Source of the DNA: Eledone cirrhosa | Taxonomy: Eukaryota | Assembly (NCBI GenBank): GCA_964016885.1 | Contig: OZ024742.1 | Span: 305,970,001 to 306,034,000 of the forward strand | Direction: 5' to 3' | DNA length: 64,000 nt | Shown here: positions 24,501-38,607 of the stretch, piece after piece | How the letters are laid out: each line of letters opens with the position of its first letter | How positions within the stretch are numbered: the first letter of the stretch is position 1 | Translations under genes and position numbers: made by a program | Notes under the pieces: model-generated | What the model saw: only the letters and a program-made list of their open reading frames with translations | Told to the model about the DNA's origin: nothing | Database searches by the model: none

Positions 24501-26475
24501 TAAGGTTTAGCAAAGGACTAGTGATAGAGGAAAATAGAGGTAGAAGGAGAGTTAGTTAGAATGCTAGAAGAGGCGTTTAGGGCAGGCATCGCAACAGCAC
24601 TTTGCTCAATTGTTCGGGAGCGGCGGCAGGCTGGATCGGAGTATGGATTTCGGTGCATAACTCGACGGACTGCCGCGCAGTGATGCGACCATCGGTACCT
24701 GGCTGCGGTCCTTGAGGCGGCCGGCTTCGGGCCCGTTTTTAGAGGCTGGATCGCTGCGATGCACAGCGTTATCTGCTCGATTGTGAGGGTGAATGGTCAC
24801 CTGTTTCAGCTTTCAGCTTCATGCGCTTGTTCCGCCTGGGTTGTCCCCTATCGTCCTTCTTGTACGTACTGGCCCTAGAGCCGTTACTGCACAAATTGGA
24901 GACGATGAGGGGTGTCCCACGCGAATTGGGACACGGGAGATCCGTATCAGTTTACACCGACGACGTCACCGTGGTGGTGTCGGGCACCAAAGACGTCCAG
25001 ATGCGCGGCACCGCTCTCCAAGGAATGCGAAGCGGGAACAGGAGCAAAGATAAACCAGGAAAAGTCGGTGGGCTTGCAATCGGCACCTGGAGACGCAAGC
25101 CCATACCGTCCGACAGCATCGTGGGGAGCTGGACGGAAGGACCGCTTAAATTGCTCGGGATCTGGTTCGGTCCGGACCTCCAGATGGTGAAAAACTGGAG
25201 AGAGGTGACGAGCAGGGTGGTCTCTCTCATCCAGAAATGGTTGGAGAGGAGGCTGTCTCTGAAAGGTCGGGCGGATGTGGCGAATGCATACATAGCGTCC
25301 GTCAACTGCTACCGCCTGACCGTCGTACCTTGCCTCCGCCCAACTCTGACCAAAATGGAGCGCTTTCTCTTCCGCTTTTTGTGGAAGGGACGTGCTCCCA
25401 TGGTCAGACGATCCATTTGATGTCAACACCCGTTACCTGGAGGACTAGGTATGCCGTGGATGATGATGCGCTGAGGCTGCGACATCTCTGGTGCTTCCTT
25501 GACGGTGAACAGGTGTGGTCGCCGTTTGCCATACGCGCTTTTCCCCAGATCGTCTCCTTGACGGAGCTGCTGTCCTGGATCAGGAAAAGACCGAGGGATA
25601 GCGCTTGGAAGCTGGAATGTCTCCAAGCGCTCACTACCCTCTACAAGCTGGGCACTAGTATCGGTGGAACATCCACCTCGGCGTTCTATAGAGGGCTAGT
25701 CGAGGGAAAGAGCGACGACGTTCTCGGGGAGACCCTGGTCCTCGAAGACGATCCGCTGTTCGCTCTCTTCAAGAGAACTTTCAGACAGGGGCCTATGGGC
25801 AACTTCCAGAAATCCCTCGTTCAGTGCCCGAGGATTGCTGACTTGTGGAGCTATGTCGAACAGCTGCTGTCGCGTGTAAGACGGATCCGGTTATCGACTG
25901 AGTCCATTGTGCAGATAGCCACGCCACCCTCCTGTACAGAGGGGGATGAGCAGGCAGTTTTCATCTGCCTGGTGGCCTTGGCGAAAGAGATTGTGTGGTG
26001 GACTAGTTTGAAAGGGTTGAAGACGGACACTTTCCTCTTCGGCCAATCCCTGATTAACTTTTTCAAGTTTCACTTGAAGAGGAAAATTAGGGTGGAGAGG
26101 CAAGTGCTGTCTTCTAGTAAGTTTGTTGAAAGGTGGGTGAAAGTGGTGAGTCTGGTCCAAGTGAACGGGCCTGCTCTGAGTATACGCCTGTAGACTGAGG
26201 AGTGGGAAAACTGAGAGAAGGCGCTTGTCCTGGTGGTCAGGGTAGCCGTGGCCTTTTTGTATGGTTTTCGCTACGAGTAACCCTTGGAGGTTTCCCCCTT
26301 TTTGGGGAATTTTTATTGTTTTAATTTTTTGGATTTCTAGCCCAATTCTGCTATATCTCGTTTACACGACCAAAACACCCTTTGTATCGTCCTGTACTGT
26401 TTTGAGCCGTTTCTAATGTTTTTCTTCGGGTTAGCCCTTGTGGCCAATAAAGAAACCATTATTATTATTATTATT
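21533..26475 (+). mobile_element. Tx1/L1-clade element, copy 4 (subfamily B'), degraded with internal deletions
   Basis: Begins after (TTA)n. ORF1 about 21749-23649, ORF2 about 23682-26193 (YTDD), deletions near 24597 and 24680. Ends CCCTTGTGGCCAATAAAG + (TTA)n. Confidence 0.9.
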
Positions 26476-28140
26476 TATATTACTATTATCCGTATTTATT
26501 ATCTTTCATTTATTTATCTATATATTTATCTAATCGCCTCGTTTTATTGCGTGCTTTCACTACATAAGCGGGTTAATCGCAATATTTAATTTTTGTGTTT
26601 ACTATTATTTTGAAAAATACTTTACGTTCTATGTATCCATACCTAATAGTGCTACTTCATAATGTTATGTATATGTGTACATCTAGTTCATTCGGAATTT
26701 GTCTACATCTTCCTTATTCTTCATCATTACGTCTAATATTGGCAATGATTTTGTTACAATTCCCACATCTTGGCTATTGCTACTTAGAAATGTTTCTATT
26801 TGCATAAATTCGTCATATATTTTGGACACCTATTGTCGTCTTTAGAGAGCTCATGATTCAATTAAAAAGCGCATCCATTCCTGGTATTCCATGAAAAGTA
26901 TATCCGGATAATTATCTTTCAGCTTCCCGTCTATGTAGATATATGTATAGCAGAGTATGGTTGCTTCCTCATTCTTTGAGATTTTGAGGCGCGATGTTTA
27001 AACCATTGTTTTTTTCTGTCAGCTAGTCTTTCATTCTATAGATGTATTTGCTTTTGGCTAAGAGTGGCCAGTCTAGTTTAATGTGTTTAAATATTTCTCC
27101 CTCCCTTCAAACATTCTTCTGTTATCTTTACTTGCTTTTAGTAGTTTCTAGGGGAAACACTGTGGTATTTTTATCTCATTATCCATCACAATTATTATGA
27201 TCTCGTTATCCATCACAACACCGCATTGAGGTTAAGATAAATATGTATTATTCCTGATTCGAGAAATATATCAATGTTTCTGAAAAGGAAATTATACACA
27301 TCTTCGAAAACTTTGATGTAGAGCTCAAATTTAACAGCGATCAAGAAGAACTGCAAGGTTGACAATTCCTTTCAGATATTAGTATTTTATCGACGTATTA
27401 TCGTTGCCTCCAGAAATGGTGAAGTTCATGAATCAATTTCATGTTGTGCAAATGAAATGTGATTATGATTTGGGGCTGGATCTTCGTCGCTTCCAACAAC
27501 GAGAGATGTAGATGTTTGAACAATGGAATATCTTAATTGTGAAATTAACATGCACGAGGCTGAATATTTCAAAGTCATATGCAGCGCTAGGATATTTCTG
27601 GGGAAGATTCAGCGTGGCACATTTAATTAAAAATCAATTTCCAACTATAATATAGGCGTTGTGAATACTGCTCTCAATATTCCTACTGGTGTTAGCTTGC
27701 CCCTATATCCTGATTATTGTTTTTCATTTTGATGTCTGAGTAATGTCAGATCTGTTGATACATATAAATATACTTTTATTCTTCCCTATATGTTTAGCTT
27801 GCAACGTATCAAGACTATTATGATGTCAATGGCTTATACAAATACCTCTTCTGAATAAAGAGCCTGGGTGTCTGTGGTGCAGTGGTTTCGTCCGAGTGTT
27901 TGTATATATATGCTGGAGCAATGTGCTATATCTTTTCACAAACGTTTGTCCTTTACTCAAATTCAGTTGCAGATTTCTGATCGTAAACCGTATGTTCGTA
28001 CCGTCCTTTCGGTAAATCCCAGCAGCATCTTTCATTACTGTAACTTGTAGCATATATAATATGCAATGTGGTGAGCTGGCACGCAGATCTGGTCTTTCAG
28101 AGCGCTGAGTGTACCTTGTATATTATCTATATGTCTATCT

Positions 28141-28179
28141 ATCTCTCTCTCTCTCTCCTTCTCTCTCTGTCTCTCTCTC

Positions 28180-28252
<73 letters not shown>

Positions 28253-28999
28253 GGTGTATTAAATTATTTATAATCAAAGTTAGGCTACACCGCTATAATA
28301 TATTCTGCTAGATTATAGATCACCCGATGTGACGTTATGTTACTTTATATAACATGACATTACATTGTACTATTTGGCATTGTAATACGATATATTATAT
28401 GATATTACATTAAATTTTATGATATCGTATGTGATATGTAATTTCATTGTTTACATCATATGTATATGTTGACAATTTCTATATATGTTTATTCTTTATT
28501 TCGTTTTACTTCTCTTTCTTATTCAGGTATATATTTCGTGTGCTGTATGTATATTGGTACTCTGGTATAATAGGAGAACTTTAGTGCATGGATAAATCAG
28601 CAAATTACATATTACATCATAATATAGCGTATTCTGTTGAATCATAAGAAGTTTATCGGTTTCAAATATATAAGCTTAAACGCTTATTTCTTTGGATGCC
28701 TGTAGATAAATATGAATGTATAAATCTATGCATGTATGTATGTATGTATGTATGTATGTATGTATGTATGTATGTATGTATGTATGGTATGTATGTATGT
28801 ATGTATGTAAGTATGTATGTATGTATGTATGTATGGAAATGCGTGCTATGCTTTCACACCCGCAAACTATTTTTAGTGTTGATGGATGTATATATATATA
28901 TATGTATGTGTGTATCTATTCATTAGTGTACATATGCATGAATGTCTGTATGTATATTTGTATATATACACACACACACATATATATATATATGTGTGT

Positions 29000-29054
<55 letters not shown>

Positions 29055-29126
29055 CATTTTTTTATATTTATCTCTACACATTAGTATGAATTTATACTAC
29101 AGAACAATACTAACACACACACACGT

Positions 29127-29220
<94 letters not shown>
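28141..29220. repeat. Microsatellite cluster (CT)n, (TA)n, (TATG)n, (TG)n
   Basis: Directly visible. Confidence 0.95.
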
Positions 29221-29223
<3 letters not shown>

Positions 29224-29299
29224 AAAGACTCAGGATTCGACTGCTGATCTCTTGCCGTTTCAACAGCTAATTCCCATCTGAGTTCCTACTTTTTATAGT

Positions 29300-29556
29300 A
29301 TAGCCACATGCGTGTCCGATGAAATAGAGTTCCTGTCGTACCAAGGAGAAGCTTATCAGACCGGATTTATCCCACTTCTATCGGAAAGATTACTGGGATT
29401 CAATTTTACAGGCGTGTGTATTGGAGCATTATAAAAAAAATGAAGTGTTTTGCTCAAGAACAAACCACCCAACCCATTCCTGAAACCGAGCCGACGTCAT
29501 TAACATCGTAAGGGCAACACCTTGGCTTCTATGCCAAAGCCTTGAACTCTTCATAA
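29300..29556 (-). mobile_element. Old tRNA-derived SINE remnant
   Basis: tRNA-like head then ttcttgagcaaaacacttca on -. Similar to 62000-62250. Confidence 0.45.
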
Positions 29557-29727
29557 GTTATAGCCCTTGTTCTTATGTTTGAATTGTCGTTGTAGTTTTA
29601 ATTGGCAGGATCGTCATTGGTATATACACATCTATACTAACATATGTATACTAGTTTGCGTGTGTGCGTGCGTAAATATCTATATCTATCTCTCTCTCTC
29701 TATCAATATATATATATATATATATCC

Positions 29728-29785
<58 letters not shown>

Positions 29786-30973
29786 AAACAATTGTTCTCG
29801 GTATGGTGAACTAACTGTTGTGTAATCAGTTCTACCTAATTCGTCCCATGGACGGAGTGCTCTACCACTACGGATATTACCTTCCAGTGTTCTACCACTA
29901 TATATATATATATATATATATTAAAGTTATATATGCACGGTTTCTTCACAGCCACGGCGGTTTGCAATGTTTTACTCCAGCGGGGCTATTCTAATTATTG
30001 CCCATCGCATTCCTCGGAGAAAAACCACGTTTCTACAAGAGACGCATTTAAACCACATAACCACATCTTGAGTAGAATATATAAGTATCAGCAATATATT
30101 CCTAACATCATATGATTTCCGTATAAGCATTGAGTAAATGTATTAAACAGACGCATCGTAGTAGTTAAATTAAATAGATTTGGCACAGCTATATTTTAGT
30201 ATTTTAGATGTGACATGTGATATAATTCAATATAAGCTGTTTGTTTCTTCAATCATTCCCATTCATACCCTGCGTAATCCACTTTGCAAATTAGCTCCCA
30301 TCACACCTCCTATATTCACTATAGTTAATTCACTATAGTTAACTACATGTTTTTCATATATAATGAATGGCGTGGTTCTTAGTTGAATGAAATCAATATC
30401 TGAATTCTTGAGATACTAAAATTTACCTAAAATTCCATCTTGAAAATATATTTTTTAAATAAAAAATAAATTATATTTAGGTTTTGAAAATTGAAATGAT
30501 TAACATTCTTTAAGATTTCCTGCATTGATTCCCGGTGTTTTTGAAAACCACCTGCAGTTTACCGTCTTGGTGCAATTAATCTTTGCGACCTTTTAATGGG
30601 ATAGTTTTCTCGAGATATGTCTAACCCCGCTCTAATATAATTAATAATCTATTTTTTTTCTTTTACGTGAAATCAAGATTCTGTAAGCGTCCCTGTGCTG
30701 TTTTCTGTTTCTGTGTGTTTTTTTCTGGAATATAAGCCTATGCGTATTCGCATCTGTCTGAATGTAACATTTAATCTAGACTAAATTTCTATAGTGAAAA
30801 AGATATGCCATTTACAATGCCCTATGCGGTATTCCTTTTTATATTAAATTTGTGGATATTTCTACCGTTAATCTAGTCACATAATTTTGCCAAGGCCTCT
30901 CAATGCTTCAGTGTCCTATTGTTCCTTCCTTGCATATAGTTTCTAATATTATTACCAGATGTCCTATATAGTG

Positions 30974-31325
<352 letters not shown>

Positions 31326-31739
31326 GTGCGGATGTATGTATAAGGAATCCATATATACACACGTCTGTACACACGCACACACAAATCAGATAAGATTATA
31401 GGACAACTGGAAATAAGATTGAGGATGAAAGCACCGATTCTTTGCTTAAACTTTAATCTCTTATTTTAATACATATATATATATATTTCGTTTCTGAATT
31501 TGTTATAATAAGATTCTTTATCTGAAATCGTGTGTTGAAAGCGATATTGTTATACTTTGGGAGGGTCATGTTGCCAATAAGAAACTCACGCACCAGATGC
31601 TTTCACTTCAATTTATTATATATTTATAAATTTATAAATTTACAAATCTACAAACTTATAAATTTCTGGTTGGTTGGTTGGTTCCACAACCAGATAGTTG
31701 TTTATATATAGTCATAGTCCTTTCGTCACACACTCTGTA

Positions 31740-32040
31740 TACTGAAGGACAATGTAGAAATAAAAATATAGTGTACATAGGTGCTACAGCTCGTAGTATA
31801 GGGGAACGAATAAATGAACACTGGCGAGACCTTCAAGATAATAAAGAATCATCTGTGCTCTACCAACATGCTAAGATAGAACACAGGGGTAGATTAGAGA
31901 ACATAGAAATAAAAATAGAATCCACACACAGAAAAGATGCAATGTTTAGGCAAATTACAGAGGCAGTAAGCATAAAATAATTACAACCAAAATTAAATAG
32001 AAAATATGAGTGGAACAGCAACATCACAACTTACAATTAA
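31740..32040 (+). pseudogene. GIY-YIG endonuclease fragment (PLE type)
   Basis: VYIGATARSIGERINEH...LYQH...H...RQITEAVSIK*LQPKLNRKYEW. Confidence 0.82.
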
Positions 32041-32111
32041 GGACAAAATGAAAACACACACAGGACAAAATGAAAACACACACACACATAGAACAAACAA
32101 CCAACCAACAA

Positions 32112-32142
<31 letters not shown>

Positions 32143-32292
32143 ACAAATAGATAAATGAACACAAACACACACAAACACACACAGACACCCGGATGTGGCG
32201 CATGCGCAAACTGAGCACACAACACACACACAGAAACAAAAGGGCGTAGGATAGAAGAAAGGAAAGGCACAGAAACAAAGAAAGGAATCCCC

Positions 32293-32337
32293 AGTCACTG
32301 AAGAGGTCACAGAGTGTGTGACGAAAGGACTATGACT
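32293..32337 (+). ncRNA. Minimal type I hammerhead ribozyme motif
   Basis: agtca-CTGAAGA-g-gtcac..gtgac-GAAA-gga-CTA-tgact. Stem I agtca/tgact; stem II gtcac/gtgac; 2-bp stem III. Confidence 0.8.
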
Positions 32338-32495
32338 ATATATAAACAACTATCTGGTTGTGGAACCAACCAACCAACCAGAAATTTATAAGTTTGTAGA
32401 TTTGTAAATTTATAAATTTATAAATATATAATAAATTGAAGTGAAAGCATCTGGTGCGTGTGTTTCTTATTGGCAACATGACCCTCCCAAAGTAT

Positions 32496-32543
<48 letters not shown>

Positions 32544-32842
32544 ATGTGTGTGTATGTGTGTGATTGTGTGTGTGTGTGAATGTGTGTGTGTTCGTGAATG
32601 TGTATGGTGTGTGTGCGCTGACTGTACTTTGGGCAATCAACAGCCTGTGTTCTATAGTCTGCATATCACCAGCTTTGAGAAATTCCGCCCGATAATGACG
32701 TGTTGGACTTACGTAACTATCGTCGACGCCTCTGATATTTACATAATTATCGTTATTTAGTAAATTGAAGTAAGGAAAGCAGCTTCCTGTCTTCATATTT
32801 TAACATACATAAACACGCACACATATATTACTATTATTATAA

Positions 32843-33030
32843 GTATTGGCAGTATCGGTAAAGGGTCGGACCCCATGCTTTGACGCATAGAGTTACGGCC
32901 CTTGCCATTCTGAGTTTAAATCCCGCCGAGGTTAACTTTGTATTTCAACCTTACGGGGTCGATAAAATAAAGTACCAGTAATACACTGGGATAATTGATG
33001 GCCTTGTGCCAAAAAGTAGAAACAATTATT
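32843..33030 (+). mobile_element. tRNA-type SINE, near full length
   Basis: A-box-like tggcagtatcgg, B-box-like gagtttaaatccc, same core and tail as 17068 and 43465. Confidence 0.82.
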
Positions 33031-33039
33031 AGTAGTAAC

Positions 33040-33900
33040 ACCTTTGTTCTGGCAGATGTTATACCGACACTATACCAAAAGAGCGAGCCATAGCCAATAG
33101 CAAAATGTCCTTTGGTTCATTCCTTCTACTTCAACTTTCCAACTCCCTTCATAGAACTCTTGCTGTTCCCAGCAAGGATGTTTTCTGCAACAATCCTATC
33201 CTGATGGTAATTCATAGCCTCTCAAGCCATGCATCCAGCCTTTGACTAACTGCTCCCAGTGCGCCGATCTCAATCGGTACCACTTCTACGTGCCTGATTC
33301 TTCCGAGAAACGTTTCATACTTCTGGGCATTTCGTGAGAAAAATCCTGTAAAATTTGACACAGCATTATTCCGATATATCAATAGAGTATTCACTAAGTA
33401 CAGATCAGATTATAGATGCATAAACATCAGCTGAGATGGAAATACACCAAAAGAATATAGGATAGCAACAGAATTACGAAGAAATAAAGGAGAGAAAAAC
33501 ATTAGATGTTCTATCCAGTTGATACATGAAGAGATTCTGAGAGATTTTTTGCAACATTGCATTTTCAAGATAAAGACTTGTTTTTTTTTATATATGTTTA
33601 CTTGATTTTTTTAGGCTTTTAGTTTGTTATTTCTTTTGTTATTTTAGTGCTTCTTATTTTTGATGTGTAGAAACTTTTCTGTGTGGAGTGTGGCATGTTA
33701 TGCGACTGAATTTTATCATCTCGTTGCTCTGCAGTGATATAGTTGTTTTCCATTTTGACATGGCATCTTAGTATTCGAGCTGTTATATTTATCTGCTGTA
33801 CTTCCAATATATTTAGATATTTGATATGATGCCAAACATCATATCAAATATCAAATACGTTTGGGTACTCAATCTATCATATTCTAAGCTTTTCCTTCTA
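33040..33900 (-). mobile_element. Degraded 3' fragments of further R4-like RLE elements
   Basis: VEVVPIEIGALGAVSQRL, LQKTSLLGTARVL and EVQQINITARILR resemble the RLE C-termini of families A and B. Confidence 0.55.
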
Positions 33901-34265
33901 TTCTTGCTCTCCAATTCATCAGGAGCCGCTCCTTATAAACAAGCACCCCTCTCTAATAACCCTTCTGCTACTCTAGTAAGACGTTATTACTTTCCAGATT
34001 AACAACCGGCTTCTTACGCTATATATGTATATATACATAGAGTTTGTATATATATATATATATATATCTATATATATATATATACAAAGAGTCTTTTATG
34101 TTGTTGCAAACAAGTTATACGATTCTAGTTTTGGCAGTCTCGTGTTTTGCGGAATCAATATTGCCTTTCGTTTTTGTAAGCAGTCAAGTAGTAATTCGAG
34201 CCTGTTTACTAATTCAATAAATTCTGTCACAACATAACCATCATGATTTGAAGGCAATGTCAACC

Positions 34266-34378
34266 TCAAATCCCGCCGAGGTTGACTTTGCCTTTCATCC
34301 TTACGGGGTCGATAAAATAAAGTACCAGTAATGCACTGGGTAATTGCTGGCCTTGTGCCTAATGTAGAAACAATTATT
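34266..34378 (+). mobile_element. 5'-truncated tRNA-type SINE
   Basis: tcaaatcccgccgagg...ggggtcgataaaataaagtaccag...ggccttgtgcctaatgtagaaacaattat. Confidence 0.8.
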
Positions 34379-34711
34379 TGTAGGGTATCTCAGCTAGAAA
34401 TTGAGTTTTGTCATTTCCGGTAGTTTCCAGTTTCTTGCACTCTTTGTCATGTTGTTGAATTCGTCCCTGATCATGCTTGGTCACGACCACGTAGTTATAG
34501 CAAGTGCTGAACTCCATATTTGTAATTCCTTGTTTTCCATTCTGCTGAATGTTTTTGTTTTATATTTTCTTCCACTATTTTTGAATTTCAGTTGATGTTG
34601 GTGTGCCCTCCAGTATTATGGTGTTTCGTATATTTTTCTTCATTGCTGCTTTTGAAAATTGTCTGGTATGTTGATATACCATATTCTGAAAACTGTACAC
34701 ACGCCATTAAC

Positions 34712-35804
34712 AGTCTCTTGTCCATGTTGCACTTTCAAAATATGTTATTGATGTTTTTATCTTATTATTTAGTTATCGATTTATTTTCATTTTTTTCATA
34801 TAAAACTTATTTCTATTTAGCTAAGTAAAGATAATCATTACATATCCTGTCAGATGTATATTAAAAATCCCCATCCTTATTGTTGATGCGATAGACTGTG
34901 GAGAGTCTTAATCTATTAGAATCACATCGATTTCTTTCTGACCATTTTGCAATAGATTATGTTTCATTCTGTTTATAATTGTGTTTGTTTCGCTTGCATG
35001 AATTTTCCGTCTCACCTTTCAGTACTGGGGAATGTATACTGGAAACTGAATATATATATTTACCGAAAAGGGAAAAATCTCAGAGATCATTTTACTGACG
35101 GAGGCAATTATCGATAACAGATGATAGATCCCACTATAGAACAACATCAAATCAGAGAAGGAATTAATGAACTGATTCGAAAATGTAAAGAAAGAAGACA
35201 TCGGCTACCATATGCTAAACTCGAGATTGAGTATTGGTAAAAAAAAGACAACAAAGGGTGGAATCGGGAGGTGAGCACCTAGATTAAATTGCGACACAGG
35301 AGAGCCATATCTACGTACTAGTACATATCCGGTATGGAAGTGGCTACCAGACTTATGGAGAAGTATCAGGGGTAATTGTAGCATGCAATTGTCACAAGTT
35401 GGACGACTATCGAATCGGCTTCCTTGTGGCAAGTTGGCTTCTGTCACTGGAGTGAGTGTCAGGTTAAAGAGCACGTTAACCTGACACTCGCTCCAGTGAC
35501 AGAAGCGAAACAAACACAATTATAAACATAATGAAACATAATCTAATCAAAATGGTCAGAAAGAAATCGATGTGATTCTAATAGATTAAGACTCTTCACA
35601 GTCTATCGCATCAACAATAAGGATGGGGATTTTTAATATACATCTGACAGGATATGTAATGACTATCTTTAATTAGCTAAATAGAAATAAGTTTTATATG
35701 AAAAAAATGAAAATAAATCGATAACTAAATAATAAGATAAAGACATCAATAACATATTTTGAAAGTGCAAGATGGACAAGAGACTTTTACCTGACACTCG
35801 CTCC
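34712..35804. repeat. About 283-bp inverted duplication plus a 31-bp-stem hairpin
   Basis: 34712-34995 is the near-exact reverse complement of 35503-35785. Hairpin at 35437-35506. Confidence 0.9.
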
Positions 35805-35819
35805 TTTGGACTCAATCTC

Positions 35820-36700
35820 AAGTTTCAAAGACAACCGGACTGACGCCACGAGTAGAGTGGATAGTCTTAGTCATAAATGAAATGAGGTGAAGCTGGTTCT
35901 GTAAAGTCGAGTGGTCACGTATATATAAACATTCGATGATTTACTCCTGTTTAAATGACATGTCCTGTCCCAGATTTAGACGAATGCACTTTCGTGTTCT
36001 GAGGAGGAATTAGATTCCACCAGTCAGAATTTCCATTTGCTGCTAACGTCTTTTACGAGGGACTTTCTGGATACCGTTATAGTGAGTATAAAAGAGCATA
36101 CTGTGGCTGAAACGTGTGCAGAGATTGATGAACCAGGAAGATGTTTGTCTATTGTGCGAGGCTCTTTCATGTCGCTTGTCTCTTTGACAGCTGCAATTCT
36201 GGATCAGTCACACACCGGGTGTAGCCATTTGACATCTGGAATCATTTTAGATGCTCACTAAACTCTAGCAGATATACCCTGTATTCGGAGTAATATCAAT
36301 GTCCATATTCTATAGAGTGCTAGGCATAGATATGTGAGATGATTCCAGTAGATTGAATATGGACGTTGATGAACGCAAACCGAGTAACGTTTTCTGGAGT
36401 TCAATCAAATATGTTATTATAGGTGTCCTTGGGTGGGTAGTGATTCAGACGGTCTTTGATTTGTTTTGCATGGCCTTTACAGGAATACTTGTACTGGTGT
36501 AACTGATTCCCTACTTGATACAGGTGGATGACGAATCAGTCCTGCACGCACTAGCTTAGTCTCATTGCAAGCTGATTTGTTTGTTTATATCAACTCTTAT
36601 GATGTATATGATGGTTCTAGATGACAGGCAAGTCTTTCGTGCAGTTTGAACCACCGCTCTTCTTTGGGAAAGAAGGGTTGATAATTATTTATGAGATGAT
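35820..36700 (+). mobile_element. Very old Tx1 ORF2 remnant
   Basis: Patchy nucleotide similarity to the TSRVASLTQKW and DE.VLHAL regions of the younger copies. Confidence 0.5.
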
Positions 36701-36949
36701 ATTACCTTTGGTGTGTCATGTTAATGTAGGGTTGGTTTAGGGGGCCCTGAATCACATTATATGGTTTCTACATTACTTCTGTGGTTAGTTTCTTTTTTCT
36801 TTCGGTATATCTGTGTAAAAATTCATCAAAGGGCCCTTATTGTTATTGCTAAATCCACATATCTACTCACTGTAAATGTTAATCTTGTCTTGCTTGTTGT
36901 TTTACATTTGTACTATCCCCAACGTATTGAACTCATGCAGCCGATAAAA

Positions 36950-37726
36950 GAAATTATCGTTGGTGCCAGCACCCTCTATGCGAAGGACTGGGTATGCAGC
37001 ATCTCCAGATATTCTGCCTAAAGGGTAAACATGTGTGGTCGCCGTTTGTCAGACCGGCCTTTCTGCATCTCAACTCTTTGACTGAGCTGCACTACTGGGT
37101 CAAGAAGGGACCACGACTGGTTCACTGGCATCTGGAATGTTTCCAGGCATTCACCAGGCAGGAAATGTGGTCAGTGGAACTTCCACTCTCGAATTCTATA
37201 GAGGATTAGTGGTGGGCAAGTGTGATGACGCACTCGGAGAACTCTTGAGCCGGAGATGATGGATAACTTCCAGAAATCCCTTGGTTGGCAGTTCTACCGG
37301 GGGGGGGGGGGGTTCGAGATAAGCTCTACAGGCACGGAAGTGCCGTCAAACAGACCTGCCTGAGATGCACAAAGAGCGACTAAACTGTTCTGCACGCACT
37401 CGTCCAGTTTCACCATTACTGACTTGTGGAATGGCTGTTGTCGCGTGTAGAACGGATCCGGCTATCGGCCGAGTCCATAGTGAAGATCGACCCGCCGCCT
37501 TCTTTTGGCCAGGAAGGGTAAATTTCCTCTGTCTGGTAGCAGTAGCAAAAGATGTTGGCTGGTGGACCAGCTTAAGAGGACTAAAGACGGACACTTTTCT
37601 TTAGGGTCAATCCCGCATTCTTAAATTGGTTTTGTTATTATGCGTTTTTACTCAATCTTATTGTAAACTTCTACTGTACCTGTCTTTGTATTGTTCCCTA
37701 CATGTCGGCCTTTGGGGCTAATAAAT
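36950..37726 (+). mobile_element. Tx1 3' fragment, copy 5 (subfamily C)
   Basis: Aligns to about 42200-43350. Ends ggcctttggggctaataaa. Confidence 0.82.
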
Positions 37727-38588
37727 TCTTTGAGTCTCAGTCATTGTTGTTATTTAACTGGAAAGTTTGTAGAATTGAATATCAAGCCGCTACCTGCAGC
37801 CTCAGATATTCAGGACGTATCGGAGGGTTCTTGCTGTTCCCAGTAAGCATGCCTTTTAAAGTTTTCCAAAAAGCCGGGCTGGACTAATATTCTTCAACCA
37901 TCGTTGGAAACACTTTGTGATAGTAACTAGTGCGCCTATGACAATCGGGACGACCTTGATTTCATGGCCGTTCCAAATTCTTTTTAACTCCCACTTTAAA
38001 ACCTGGTATCGGTTAATTTTCTCACTCTCCTTTTCTTGCACTCTCGTGTCAAATGGGTAGGCTACATCTACGATTCTTTTTCCTTGTTCAAAACCACCAG
38101 GTCAGGCCTATTGTGTTCTAATTTTTGACCGTCTGTATCCTAAAATTCCATAGCACCTTCACCTGATCGTTTTCTATCACCGACTCTGGCTTATGCTCCT
38201 ACCACTTCTCAGAATGTGGTAAATAAATTGTTTAGTTTGCATAGATGGCAGTGGATCAACCTGTCTATCACATCATGTCTCCGACCTTTATAGTGAGTCT
38301 GGGCTAGGTGTTTCCACTCGGATACAATGTGAGCCACATCCCCTCTCTCTCTCCACAGATCCTACACAGTGAGCTAGCCTCCTCCTTGTCAATATGGTGT
38401 TTTACCCACTTCGTTCTGAGGGATTGCTCTTGCGCAGCCATTAGCATTCCTTCTGTAGCCTTTTTAAGGTCTCCTCTTTTTAACCAGTTCCATGTCTGTG
38501 GATCTCTAATTCTGTTTTCGTAGAAGGTGTTATGAAGGGATTTCTCATGAAGGTTGCTCTTCCTTCTAGTTGTTATTTCCTCCTTGTA
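37727..38588 (-). mobile_element. R4/Dong-like family A, copy 3 (5'-truncated)
   Basis: Aligns to about 9651-10520. Encodes EKINRYQ.LKWELKRIW and VVPIVIGAL. Confidence 0.88.
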
Positions 38589-38607
38589 CTATTATTATTA
38601 TTATTAT

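Larger units (their letters stand above)
31544..32503 (+). mobile_element. 5'-truncated Penelope-like element with inverted pseudo-LTRs
   Basis: About 195-bp inverted repeat (31544-31738 / 32309-32503) around a GIY-YIG C-terminal fragment, with a hammerhead motif at the pLTR start. Confidence 0.85.

Noticed and set aside
26480-28060. Possible decayed transposon coding sequence
   Set aside because: No diagnostic motif could be established by eye.
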